From positions 768,001-832,000 of the forward strand of contig CBDESU010000001.1 in the NCBI GenBank assembly GCA_965242695.1: a stretch of 64,000 bases of DNA, read 5' to 3'. Source of the stretch: Cenarchaeum sp. (GTDB lineage: Archaea; Thermoproteota; Nitrososphaeria; Nitrososphaerales; Nitrosopumilaceae). The stretch's first letter is position 1, and each line of letters opens with the position of its first letter. The notes beneath the pieces were generated by a model that was given only the letters and a program-made list of their open reading frames with translations, was not told the DNA's origin and did no database searches. A program made the translations under genes and the position numbers. Positions 52,284 through 60,737 of the stretch are shown here, piece after piece.

Positions 52284-54083
52284 TTGGCCCGCAAAAGTGG
52301 ATGGCTCGACCGCGTCTCGCTGCGGATGCTCGGCAGCCAGTGGGCCTTTGTGTTCAGCCTGTTCTACGACCTTGAAGAGGCCGGCGCCCGCCTGGACCCG
52401 CTCATCCGAAGGTACCTCCCGATCGCCATCGCAACGTGCCTAGAGCTGTTCTACCGCCAGGTCGGGCAGCGCCTGTTCAATGCCAGCGCCCACATGCACA
52501 CCCCCATCAACATCAGCATCACGCTAGCCCGCATGGACGAGTTCCGGCGCGTCCTGGGCCTCTTTACGCAGGCCGACCTGTTCTGGCACAACCGCAGGGT
52601 CCAGGGCGTCGACGACATAAGGTCGATCCAGGAAGATCTCGGCATGGAGAGCGTGTTCAAGGACGACCCAAGGCTGCTCGACGTGTCGCACCGGATGTTC
52701 GGGGTGCGCAACGACAACGCGCACGGGGCCGGCGCCGGGCGGTACGACGTGCACCTGTTCCTGTGGGCGCTGCGCAGGCACCTTGAAAAGGTCCTCGGGC
52801 AGCTGCCTCCCCTGCGAGCCGTCTTTTGGCTGATCGGCGCGGGCAGGGCCGACCGGCGCGGCGACCGGGATGCCGCCCTCGGGCTCTGCCGCAAGGCGGC
52901 CGAGGAGGCAGACGCCGCGGCCGCTGCCGGCGCCGACCCGTCGGCGTGCCACGTGATCGCCGGCAAGGCGGCAGAGTGGTCGGGCGATCCAAAAGAGGCC
53001 GAATCGCGGTACGAAAAGGCGATTGCGGCGGATTCCGGCAACGCAAACGCGCACGCCGCCATGGGGTGCATGCTAGCGCAGTCCGGCAGCGCGGACGGGG
53101 CGCTAGCCGAGTACGACAGGGCCGTCGAGATCGAGCCGGGCTACGCGAGCGCGCACATGGGCAGGGGACACGTCCTTGCGCGCCTCGGCCGGGAGGGCGA
53201 GGCCCTTGAATGCTACCGGCGGGCGGCCGAGGCGGACCCCATGGATGCCGAGGCGCACATTGCGGCCGGCGCCGTCCACGAGTCGCAGGGCCGGCCGGCC
53301 GAGGCCCTTGAAAGCTACCGGCGGGCGGCCGAGGCGGATCCAACGGAAGCAGAGGCAGAGATTGCCGCCGGCAGGGTGCACATGTCGCAGGGCCGGGCGG
53401 CCGAGGCCCTTGAAAGCTACCGGCGGGCGGCCGAGGCGGACCCGTCGCACAGCAAAACGTACATTGCCGCCGGCCGGGTGCACATGTCGCAGGGCCGGGC
53501 GGCCGAGGCCCTTGAAAGCTACCGGAAGGCGGCAGAGGCGGATCCAAAGGATGCCGAGGCGCACATTGCCGCCGGCCGGGTGCACATGTCGCAGGGCCGG
53601 GCGGCCGAGGCCCTTGAAAGCTACCGGAAGGCGGCCGAGGCGGATCCAAAGGATGCCGAGGCGCACATTGCCGCCGGCGCCGTTCACGAGTCGCAGGGCC
53701 GGGCGGCCGAGGCCCTTGAAAGCTACCGGAAGGCGGCCGAGGCGGATCCAAAGGATGCCGAGGCGCACATTGCCGCCGGCGCCGTTCACGAGTCGCAGGG
53801 CCGGGCGGCCGAGGCCCTTGAAAGCTACCGGAAGGCGGCCGAGGCGGATCCAAAGGATGCCGAGGCGCACATTGCCGCCGGCGCCGTTCACGAGTCGCAG
53901 GGCCGGGCGGCCGAGGCCCTTGAAAGCTACCGGAAGGCGGCGGAGGCACTCGACAAGAGGCAGGGCGGCGCAGCCGAATCCATGCAGGACAGCAGCGCCG
54001 CTCCCGATCCGGCCGGCACAAGGGATGCGGCCGGCCTCGCGCTGGATCGGCTGCGTAAAAGGCAGGGCCGGCTCCGCGCATGA
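52284..54083 (+). CDS. HEPN-like domain + TPR repeat protein
   Basis: IAIATCLELFYR and RNDNAH (RxxxxH), then ~10 TPRs; TTG 25 nt after TTAAAT; stop supplied by the IS end. Confidence 0.75.
   Translation: MARKSGWLDRVSLRMLGSQWAFVFSLFYDLEEAGARLDPLIRRYLPIAIATCLELFYRQVGQRLFNASAHMHTPINISITLARMDEFRRVLGLFTQADLFWHNRRVQGVDDIRSIQEDLGMESVFKDDPRLLDVSHRMFGVRNDNAHGAGAGRYDVHLFLWALRRHLEKVLGQLPPLRAVFWLIGAGRADRRGDRDAALGLCRKAAEEADAAAAAGADPSACHVIAGKAAEWSGDPKEAESRYEKAIAADSGNANAHAAMGCMLAQSGSADGALAEYDRAVEIEPGYASAHMGRGHVLARLGREGEALECYRRAAEADPMDAEAHIAAGAVHESQGRPAEALESYRRAAEADPTEAEAEIAAGRVHMSQGRAAEALESYRRAAEADPSHSKTYIAAGRVHMSQGRAAEALESYRKAAEADPKDAEAHIAAGRVHMSQGRAAEALESYRKAAEADPKDAEAHIAAGAVHESQGRAAEALESYRKAAEADPKDAEAHIAAGAVHESQGRAAEALESYRKAAEADPKDAEAHIAAGAVHESQGRAAEALESYRKAAEALDKRQGGAAESMQDSSAAPDPAGTRDAAGLALDRLRKRQGRLRA
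53199..53945 (+). repeat. 102-bp coding tandem repeat (TPR units), ~7.3 copies
   Basis: GAGGCCCTTGAA at 53199, 53301, 53403, 53505, 53607, 53709, 53811, 53913. Confidence 0.95.
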
Positions 54084-54374
54084 GCTCAGGTCCCCTACCT
54101 GTGTGACGCCTAGGCCGGCGTGGACCTGCCGGCATCTTGGCGGCGTACCGCATGGCATGCGCTCCGTCTAGGACGACAGGCAATGCCGGGCGATCGCCGA
54201 GTGGTTTGCATGAGGGCGGTGCAGGAGGGGCCGGATGCGGACACACTGCCGACGGACATGGGCTGGCGGCGCCGCACGGCGCCGGCCTGGGCGTCGTTCT
54301 GCGCCAGCATGATGCTTGATGGCGGCTGTTTGGCAGCGGAAACGACGGCTAGGAATGGGCGTTTGGCGGATCGG

Positions 54375-56993
54375 TCAAACCCCAGTCGGGGACGGGTCGT
54401 GGACCCCCGTCCCCTGGTACTGCGGCAGGTCTAGCCGAGTCGTCTTGGCGCCATGAACCCGGACTTCCGGGTCATCGGACTTGCAGGGGGGCGGTACGGA
54501 CGGCTTGATCGGCACATGCCAGTTGCCAGGCCTTCGCCTTCGCCTCTGCGGGGTGCCGCATCGCCGCATGCTCGGCGGCGGAGGCTTCGGAGGGTGCCGC
54601 AGCCTGGCGGGTGCAGGACGCGGCGCACGCAGCAATCGCGGCATCGACCGGCGGCTGTCGGCGCGGAGGCGGATCGATGGAGCTGCCTGGGACGGAGCGG
54701 CCCTGCTCCAGTGGGCTTGCGATGCCGTTCGTGGCATTACTCGAGGGGCTTGCGGGGACTGCCGGGCATGCAGGGCGATTGCAACGGCCACGGCCTCTTG
54801 GATCCTCGCATCCGCGGCCGCGGCCTCCACGGCCTTGGCCGCCTCCGCGGCCGCCCTGATGCTCGCATCCGCGGCCGCGGCCTCCACGGCCCTGGCCGCC
54901 TCCGCGGCCGCCCTGATGCTCGCCTCCGCGGCCGCCCTGATGCTCGCATCCGCGGCCGCGGCCTCCACGGCCCTGGCCGCCTCCGCGGCCGCCCTGATGC
55001 TCGCATCCGCGGCCGCGGCCTCCACGGCCCTGGCCGCCTCCGCGGCCGCCCTGATGCTCGCATCCGCGGCCGCGGCCTCCACGGCCCTGGCCGCCTCCGC
55101 GGCCGCCCTGATGCTCGCATCCGCGGCCGCGGCCTCCACGGCCCTGGCCGCCTCCGCGGCCGCCCTGATGCTCGCATCCGCGGCCGCGGCATCCGCGGCC
55201 GCCCCTTTACCCCCGCTGCCGCCGCCCGCCCGGGCCGCCGCGATGCACTCGGGCGGCATCGGGCCGTCGAGGGGGCCCCTCCCAGGCCTTGCCGGCTTCC
55301 CGGCGCCACCCCACCGGTTCGGCGCGACCTGCCCGACCTTGAATATGTCGGCCGGGTCGGCGCCGCGGGCGAGCGCGACGAACGCCTCGTCGAGCGGAAT
55401 GCCCTGCTTGTCGCACGTGAGTATGAACGAGAGTATGACCGAGAACACCCTTGCCCCCTCGACGGTGCGGAGCTGGTAGCGCACGTTGCGCTGCGCGACG
55501 GGCACGCGCCGCACGTCGCTCTCGCCGGGGTTGTTCGTCGGCGGCATGTCCTTGAACATCAGGAACGTGACCAGGTTCTTGGCCGCGTTCTCTATCTCGA
55601 CGCGCGACGGGTGGCCCTCTGGCAGGCGCCCCGCTATGTCCAGCGCCCTCTGGACTATGGAGTCGCGCTCCTCCTCGGGCGCCGTGTCCATCCCGCTTAC
55701 GCGCTCGTACAGGGAGCAGAACTCGTGGTACGCCAACCTGACGGCGGGATCGTCGCTCACGATGGCGGCCTTCTTGAAGTTGTTGATGACATGGCGCCAG
55801 CACCGCTGGATCTCGCCGAGGATGATCTCGTACACCTTGTAGCCGTCGACGACGCCTGCCAGCTGGCGCGCGAACGCAAACTCCTCGTCGAATATGCCCT
55901 TGCCGCGCGAGGGGCGCGCCACGACCATGGCCGCGCACGCCACCGTGAGCAGCCACAGGTAGCCCTGCCTGCCGAACATGCGCATCGTCGTCTCGTCAAA
56001 GTGGCCCCATCCCGTGGATGTGAGCAGCCTTTCAAGGTGCTTCATGAACGGCTCGAGGATGCGCGCGGCCGCCCTGCGCCCGTTCCACAGCGCCGAGGCG
56101 CACGCCGACGTCCCGAGCAGGCTCTCCAGGTAGCGCGACAGCTTGCGGTCCGTCGCGGCAAGCGCGTACAGGACGAGCATCTTTGAGAGCATGACGGGGC
56201 CGAACCAGGTGCCCTTCAGGTCCGGCGCGTCCGGCGCGCGCGACCACTCGTGGCACTTTGAGCACCACAACCTGCAGACGATCAGCTGCCACACGTGGAC
56301 GCGCCCGTCGTCCTCGCCGATCTCGACGAACGTCTTCGACTCGGGCTGCTTGGCCTGGTGGGCGTACGTGGCGCGGCCGCAGTGCAGGCACTCGAAGATG
56401 GGGTAGCGGACGACCTTTTCGGGCTTTAGGCGGTGCGAGGCGCCGGGGTGGCCCATGGGAGGGCCCAGCGCCGCATCGGGCTTGGGGCGCCCGCACGACT
56501 CCGCCTGCTCCCTGTCGAACGCCTTGGCCAGCGGGTTGTACAGGGACGGCATGCCGCGCCGGCTGTTGGGCGTCTCGTAGTACTCGAGCCTCTTCTTGAG
56601 CTTGCGCACCAGCGCCTCCAGCTCGGCCAGCTTGGCAAGGTCCTTGGGGTTGTGGTTGCCCTTTATGGCGTCGATCTGCCACTTGATCGCGTCGAGATCC
56701 CGCGACATGTCGTCTGCCGTGCGCAGGTGCCCGGCGCCGGCCTTCGCGAGCTCGACGGCCATCTCCATGAACCTGCCGGCATCTTCCGTCCTGGCAATGT
56801 CCGCCCGGACCTTGTAGTCCTCAAACTCTGCCTTGAGCCTGTGGACCAGGCGGATCAGACTTGCGATCTCGGCGCGCAGCAGGGCCTTTTCCCTCCCATG
56901 CGCATCCGGCTCGAGCCGTATCCGGGTGACGGCAGGGCAGCAGGCGCACATGACGTCTATGCTCCTCCCGCCGTCCTTGTCGACATGTGGCAC
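54375..56993 (-). CDS. IS66 family transposase with low-complexity C-terminal extension
   Basis: Leucine zipper, CxxC...CxxC, HFDETT, VVDGY, QRCWRH, PTNNPGE; start uncertain. Confidence 0.9.
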   Translation of the reverse strand: MPHVDKDGGRSIDVMCACCPAVTRIRLEPDAHGREKALLRAEIASLIRLVHRLKAEFEDYKVRADIARTEDAGRFMEMAVELAKAGAGHLRTADDMSRDLDAIKWQIDAIKGNHNPKDLAKLAELEALVRKLKKRLEYYETPNSRRGMPSLYNPLAKAFDREQAESCGRPKPDAALGPPMGHPGASHRLKPEKVVRYPIFECLHCGRATYAHQAKQPESKTFVEIGEDDGRVHVWQLIVCRLWCSKCHEWSRAPDAPDLKGTWFGPVMLSKMLVLYALAATDRKLSRYLESLLGTSACASALWNGRRAAARILEPFMKHLERLLTSTGWGHFDETTMRMFGRQGYLWLLTVACAAMVVARPSRGKGIFDEEFAFARQLAGVVDGYKVYEIILGEIQRCWRHVINNFKKAAIVSDDPAVRLAYHEFCSLYERVSGMDTAPEEERDSIVQRALDIAGRLPEGHPSRVEIENAAKNLVTFLMFKDMPPTNNPGESDVRRVPVAQRNVRYQLRTVEGARVFSVILSFILTCDKQGIPLDEAFVALARGADPADIFKVGQVAPNRWGGAGKPARPGRGPLDGPMPPECIAAARAGGGSGGKGAAADAAAADASIRAAAEAARAVEAAAADASIRAAAEAARAVEAAAADASIRAAAEAARAVEAAAADASIRAAAEAARAVEAAAADASIRAAAEASIRAAAEAARAVEAAAADASIRAAAEAAKAVEAAAADARIQEAVAVAIALHARQSPQAPRVMPRTASQAHWSRAAPSQAAPSIRLRADSRRSMPRLLRAPRPAPARLRHPPKPPPPSMRRCGTPQRRRRRPGNWHVPIKPSVPPPCKSDDPEVRVHGAKTTRLDLPQYQGTGVHDPSPTGV
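54806..55200 (-). repeat. 57-bp coding tandem repeat (IRAAAEAARAVEAAAADAS), ~6 copies
   Basis: Directly visible inside the transposase tail. Confidence 0.92.
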
Positions 56994-57398
56994 GCCCGCC
57001 TCTCTCCCCCTCTCGACCCGTCCGGCCGCGCTCCGCTTATCATCTGCTGTGTAAACAATTCTTAACAATCTTGTAAAAAACCTGTGACTTGCCCTCCCGG
57101 GAGGCGCCGCCGAGGGCGGCCGCGCGCGGCCACATGGCCGCCGCCGTGCGCGGCTCCTGCCGGCAGCAGCGGCAGCAGGCTCAAGAACGCCGGCTCGGGG
57201 GCCGCGCGGCCACATGGCCGCCGTCACGCGGCCTCAAGATGCCGGCGGAACGGGCCATGCCCTGGCATGCGCACTAGGCAGAGGGGCGGCGGCACGCCTA
57301 GGGAGGGGCATGCGGATGGGGGGGACCTGAGCTCATGCGGCTCCGCGATGCGGGCGACATGACAAGGTATATTAAGAACACAGGTAGGGGTCGCGGCA

Positions 57399-57596
57399 AT
57401 GGCAGGAAAGGATGACGCGACACAGATGGCGCCAATGACCGCGGAGGAAAAGGCCGAGTTTGACAAGGAGCGCGAGGATCAGCGCCGCCGACTCCGCGAG
57501 CGGTTCGAGAGGAGACTCGACGAACGCATCGATCAGCGCATCGATCAGAGCATCAAGCAGTGCATCAACGACCGGATATACTCGGTCTGGGACTAG
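57399..57596 (+). CDS. Small charged helical protein
   Basis: ATG 24 nt after TATATTAA; ERIDQRIDQSIKQ heptad-like pattern. Confidence 0.6.
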   Translation: MAGKDDATQMAPMTAEEKAEFDKEREDQRRRLRERFERRLDERIDQRIDQSIKQCINDRIYSVWD

Positions 57597-57833
57597 GCCG
57601 CCGCGGGGTGGCCCCTCCCCTGTTTTCCATGGCTGGTGCGCCGTGGGTACAAGGCCGGTTTTTTTTTGCGGGCGACGGGTAGCCCTGCGCCGGACACGCC
57701 CTGCGACCCGGCGGGCCGCCGCCCCGTTGCCAATCGCAGATCGACCACACATCTCCGCGGATGCTCGGCGGCGGGGCGGGTCGTGCGATCTGCATGCGGC
57801 GCGGCCGGCCGACGCCGTTGAAAGCTGCCGGCG

Positions 57834-58290
57834 GGCGCAGGGACGAGAACGGCACCGCAAGCGTGTACCCGTCGGGCAAGGTCGCATGCTTGGGGGCAAA
57901 GTAGGTCGAGATGGCGGGCACGACGTGCACAGGCCGCACCGCCGCTGCGGGAGCGGTACGAGGTGGCGCCAGGCTCGGGGGTGTTCTCGGGGTGCCCTGT
58001 GGGGTCGAGGGGAGTAGTGGGACGGGGGATGGCGGCGGGGACGGCGAGGATGCCGCGTATCCGTCCACGTGTTTGCGCCGGGCGGCGCGGGAACGGGCGG
58101 GGGGGGGGGGGGGCGTGAGCAGGAGGACGCCGCCTCTGTGCAGGGGGCCGACCGTAGACGACATGCGCGCAGTCGTCGGCGACGCGTACAGGATGGCTAT
58201 AGGGGCCAGCGAAGGGCCGGAAACGGGATGCGGCGGCGCCCGAATCGACGATGCGGCAGGCGGCCGACCCCGTGCGCCGGTTCCCGCATA
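57834..58290 (+). pseudogene. Second, more decayed TBP-like copy
   Basis: ASVYPSGKVACLGAK*VE (TAG 57902), LRERYEV..SGVFSG, VSVHVFAP, LCRGPTVDDMRAVVGDAYR; internal deletion relative to copy 1. Confidence 0.65.
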
Positions 58291-58365
58291 ATGCATGGGC
58301 ATACAGGGCCCTGCCAGAGCCGGCAGTCTGCGATCGTATAAAAAACGCCGCAAGCGCGGCCCCGC

Positions 58366-59241
58366 ATGCCTGGCAGGCCGTCGGCGAGGCGGGAGCGCCG
58401 GCAGAACTGGCAGGCGTACGGCAGGGCGGCGGCCAAGTACACGGCGGCCGCAAAGTCGCTGATCCGCCTCGTAGAGTCGGCAAGGGGCGCCGCATCCGCA
58501 TGGTATGGCATGGACGAGCCTGCAATCGGCGGGGCCGCCCGCAAGGCGGCGGCCCAAATGTCGGCAGGCAGCGCGGACCGCAGGGATGCGGCCGAGAATC
58601 TGCTGAAGCTGTGCCGCCTTGACAGGGCGGGCCGCATCGAGATGCTTCCCGGCGTATGGAGGAGCGAGGTTGCGGCGGGGGCCGTGGGCATGGCGGCCCT
58701 GGCCAACATGGCCGCGGCCAGGTGGTCTGCAAGCGGCGCGCTGTCGAGCACGCCGGCGGCGCATGTAGTGCTTGCCGAGATGTCGGCATCGGATGCGTGG
58801 ATGGACTTTGCCGCGAGGGTGTATGCCGCCGAGCGCGCGGCCGTCGGGACGGCGCTGGAGGCGAGGCCGGCGGAGGAGCGCGCGGCCGAGGCGGCAAGGA
58901 ACGCCGAGCGGTCCGTGCCGACGCTGCCGCTGGAGGAATCCGAGGGGGGCGGCGGGGCGGCAGTCGGGGCGACGGGTGCAATGGGGCCGGGGGCGTCCGG
59001 CGGGCGGGCCGCGGAGGAGGGCGAGCGGGCCGCGGAGGAGGTGAGGAGGATTGCGGCGGGGGCGGATGCGAGGACGGCGGCGATGCGGCGCGAGGCGGCG
59101 AGCGTGTGGGCGGAGGCATCCGAGCTGTGGTCAAGGGTGCGCGAGGAGGCCGCGAGGGACGGCTACGCGTCCGCCGTCGCACTGGCCGCCGTGCAGGCAA
59201 AGACGGCAAAGGAGAATGCGGCGCGCCTGGGGGCCGCATAG
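58366..59241 (+). CDS. Ala-rich helical protein, family D (D3, closest to D2)
   Basis: AAKSLIRLV...PGVWR...AERSVPTLP; TATAAA 24 nt upstream. Confidence 0.78.
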   Translation: MPGRPSARRERRQNWQAYGRAAAKYTAAAKSLIRLVESARGAASAWYGMDEPAIGGAARKAAAQMSAGSADRRDAAENLLKLCRLDRAGRIEMLPGVWRSEVAAGAVGMAALANMAAARWSASGALSSTPAAHVVLAEMSASDAWMDFAARVYAAERAAVGTALEARPAEERAAEAARNAERSVPTLPLEESEGGGGAAVGATGAMGPGASGGRAAEEGERAAEEVRRIAAGADARTAAMRREAASVWAEASELWSRVREEAARDGYASAVALAAVQAKTAKENAARLGAA

Positions 59242-59520
59242 CCGGATGCACTGCGCGCTTGGCCGCGGGGCACGGGCGCTGCATCGCCGGCGCGCACGGG
59301 GCGATCGAAAAGGCGCACGGGTGCGATTCCGCGGCGGCCGAACGAGGCGGCGGGCGTGCGGGGCGCTGCCGGCGGGCGCGGACGGCTTGAGGCCATGGTC
59401 CCCGCCGGGGAGGGGGGGGGGCGCCGCTGGCGACGGCGCGCATGGTGCAGCATGGCGGCCCCGATGTGCACGCGGCGCGCCACGGCCAATCTTATAGCAC
59501 GGCGCCCGCGGCGCGGCGCA

Positions 59521-60246
59521 ATGGCGGTGTCCTCGGCATGCGCGCTGTGCGGCCGCGCGTTCGAGCATCGCGGCCATTCTAGACACGCCTTCTGCAAGCA
59601 CTGTAGGGCCAAGGCCGACAGAAAGGTCGGCAGGGCGCGGATCGTCAAGTGCGGGGAGTGCGGCAGGCCGTTCTCTGCGACGGCCAGCAGGGCCCGCTAC
59701 TGCTCCGATCCGTGCCGCTCGGAGGCCCTGCGCAGGTACAACCGAGAGTACATGCGGCGGTACGTGGCAGACCCCGAGAAGCGCGCCATCTGCGCGGCGC
59801 GCACAAGGGCATCCGCGGCCGCCCGCAGGGCAAGGGCCAGGGAGGACAAGGAGGGGCGGGGGCAACAGGGGCCCCGGCGGCAGGCCGGCCCAGGCGCAGC
59901 GAGCCGGCCGCGCGCCGCGCCGTCCGGCACGGGCGTATGCGCGCTGTGCGGCCGCGCGTTCGCGCAGTACGGCCGTACGGCCCATTCCTACTGCAAGCGA
60001 TGCACGACAAAGGCCGACAGGGAGATCGCCAGGGTGCTGCGCGTGGACTGCAGGGAGTGCGGCAAGGAGTTCTCGACGACCAATCGAATCGTCCGCTACT
60101 GCTCGGATGCATGCCGCGCAGCCGGCAAGGCTCGCGGCAAGCGCGAGAGCAACCGCGAGCGCATGGCCGACCCCGAGAAGCGCGACCTAGCGGCGGCGCG
60201 CATCAGGGCGGGAAAGGCCGCCCGCGGCGGCGGCGCACGCGGGTGA
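59521..60246 (+). CDS. Four-zinc-finger basic protein (Z6)
   Basis: Same architecture; promoter motif 24 nt upstream. Confidence 0.8.
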   Translation: MAVSSACALCGRAFEHRGHSRHAFCKHCRAKADRKVGRARIVKCGECGRPFSATASRARYCSDPCRSEALRRYNREYMRRYVADPEKRAICAARTRASAAARRARAREDKEGRGQQGPRRQAGPGAASRPRAAPSGTGVCALCGRAFAQYGRTAHSYCKRCTTKADREIARVLRVDCRECGKEFSTTNRIVRYCSDACRAAGKARGKRESNRERMADPEKRDLAAARIRAGKAARGGGARG

Positions 60247-60341
60247 TGCGCGCGCCGGCGCGCCTCGGGACGCCTCTTCCGCAAGAGCCCGCCTCGGGTC
60301 CGCACCAGCCAATCTTGTAGGCGAATTAAATGCGCGGCGCA

Positions 60342-60688
60342 ACGGAGAGGGGGATGGGCCTGCCGCCTGCATGCTGTGCGGCAGCGCGTTCGCGCAGTAC
60401 GGCCGCATGCCTAACGCCGGCAGGTGCAGATCTTGTGGGGCCGGTAGGCGCCTCGGCCTGTCCGACGCGCACTTTCCAATGCCCATGGTGGCGAGGGCAC
60501 CCGTCCGCGGGCCTGCAGGGGTGCAGGGATCACGGGGCGAGCGGGGCCTGCGCCCTCTCCTCCGCCACATGCGCCCGCCGCGGGTCGCCTCGGCCTGCCG
60601 ACCTGTCCCCCACAGGCGCAGTCCGGCGGGGAGGCGGGATGAACCACTTTTGGGATGCCGCAAGGCGCCGCCGCCGCCAGCACATTAA
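60342..60688 (+). pseudogene. Truncated zinc-finger family copy (Z7)
   Basis: Promoter TTATAG changed to TTGTAG, ATG to ACG; only CMLCGSAFAQYGR...CRSC remains. Confidence 0.6.
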
Positions 60689-60737
60689 ATAATACGGGGG
60701 GGGGGGGGGGGGGCGCCGCCAACGGAGCAGAGGCAAA

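Larger units (their letters stand above)
54078..57338 (-). mobile_element. Complete IS66-family (single-ORF, ISBst12-like) insertion sequence
   Basis: Perfect 18-bp TIRs GCATGAGCTCAGGTCCCC (54078-54095; inverted 57321-57338); 8-bp TSD GGCTCCGC (54070-54077 and 57339-57346). Confidence 0.92.

Noticed and set aside
13678-57904. Amber (TAG) recoding suggested by in-frame TAGs at 13678, 51355 and 57902
   Set aside because: They replace different residues (Trp, Ser, probably Gln), lie in decaying genes, and many intact genes here end in TAG
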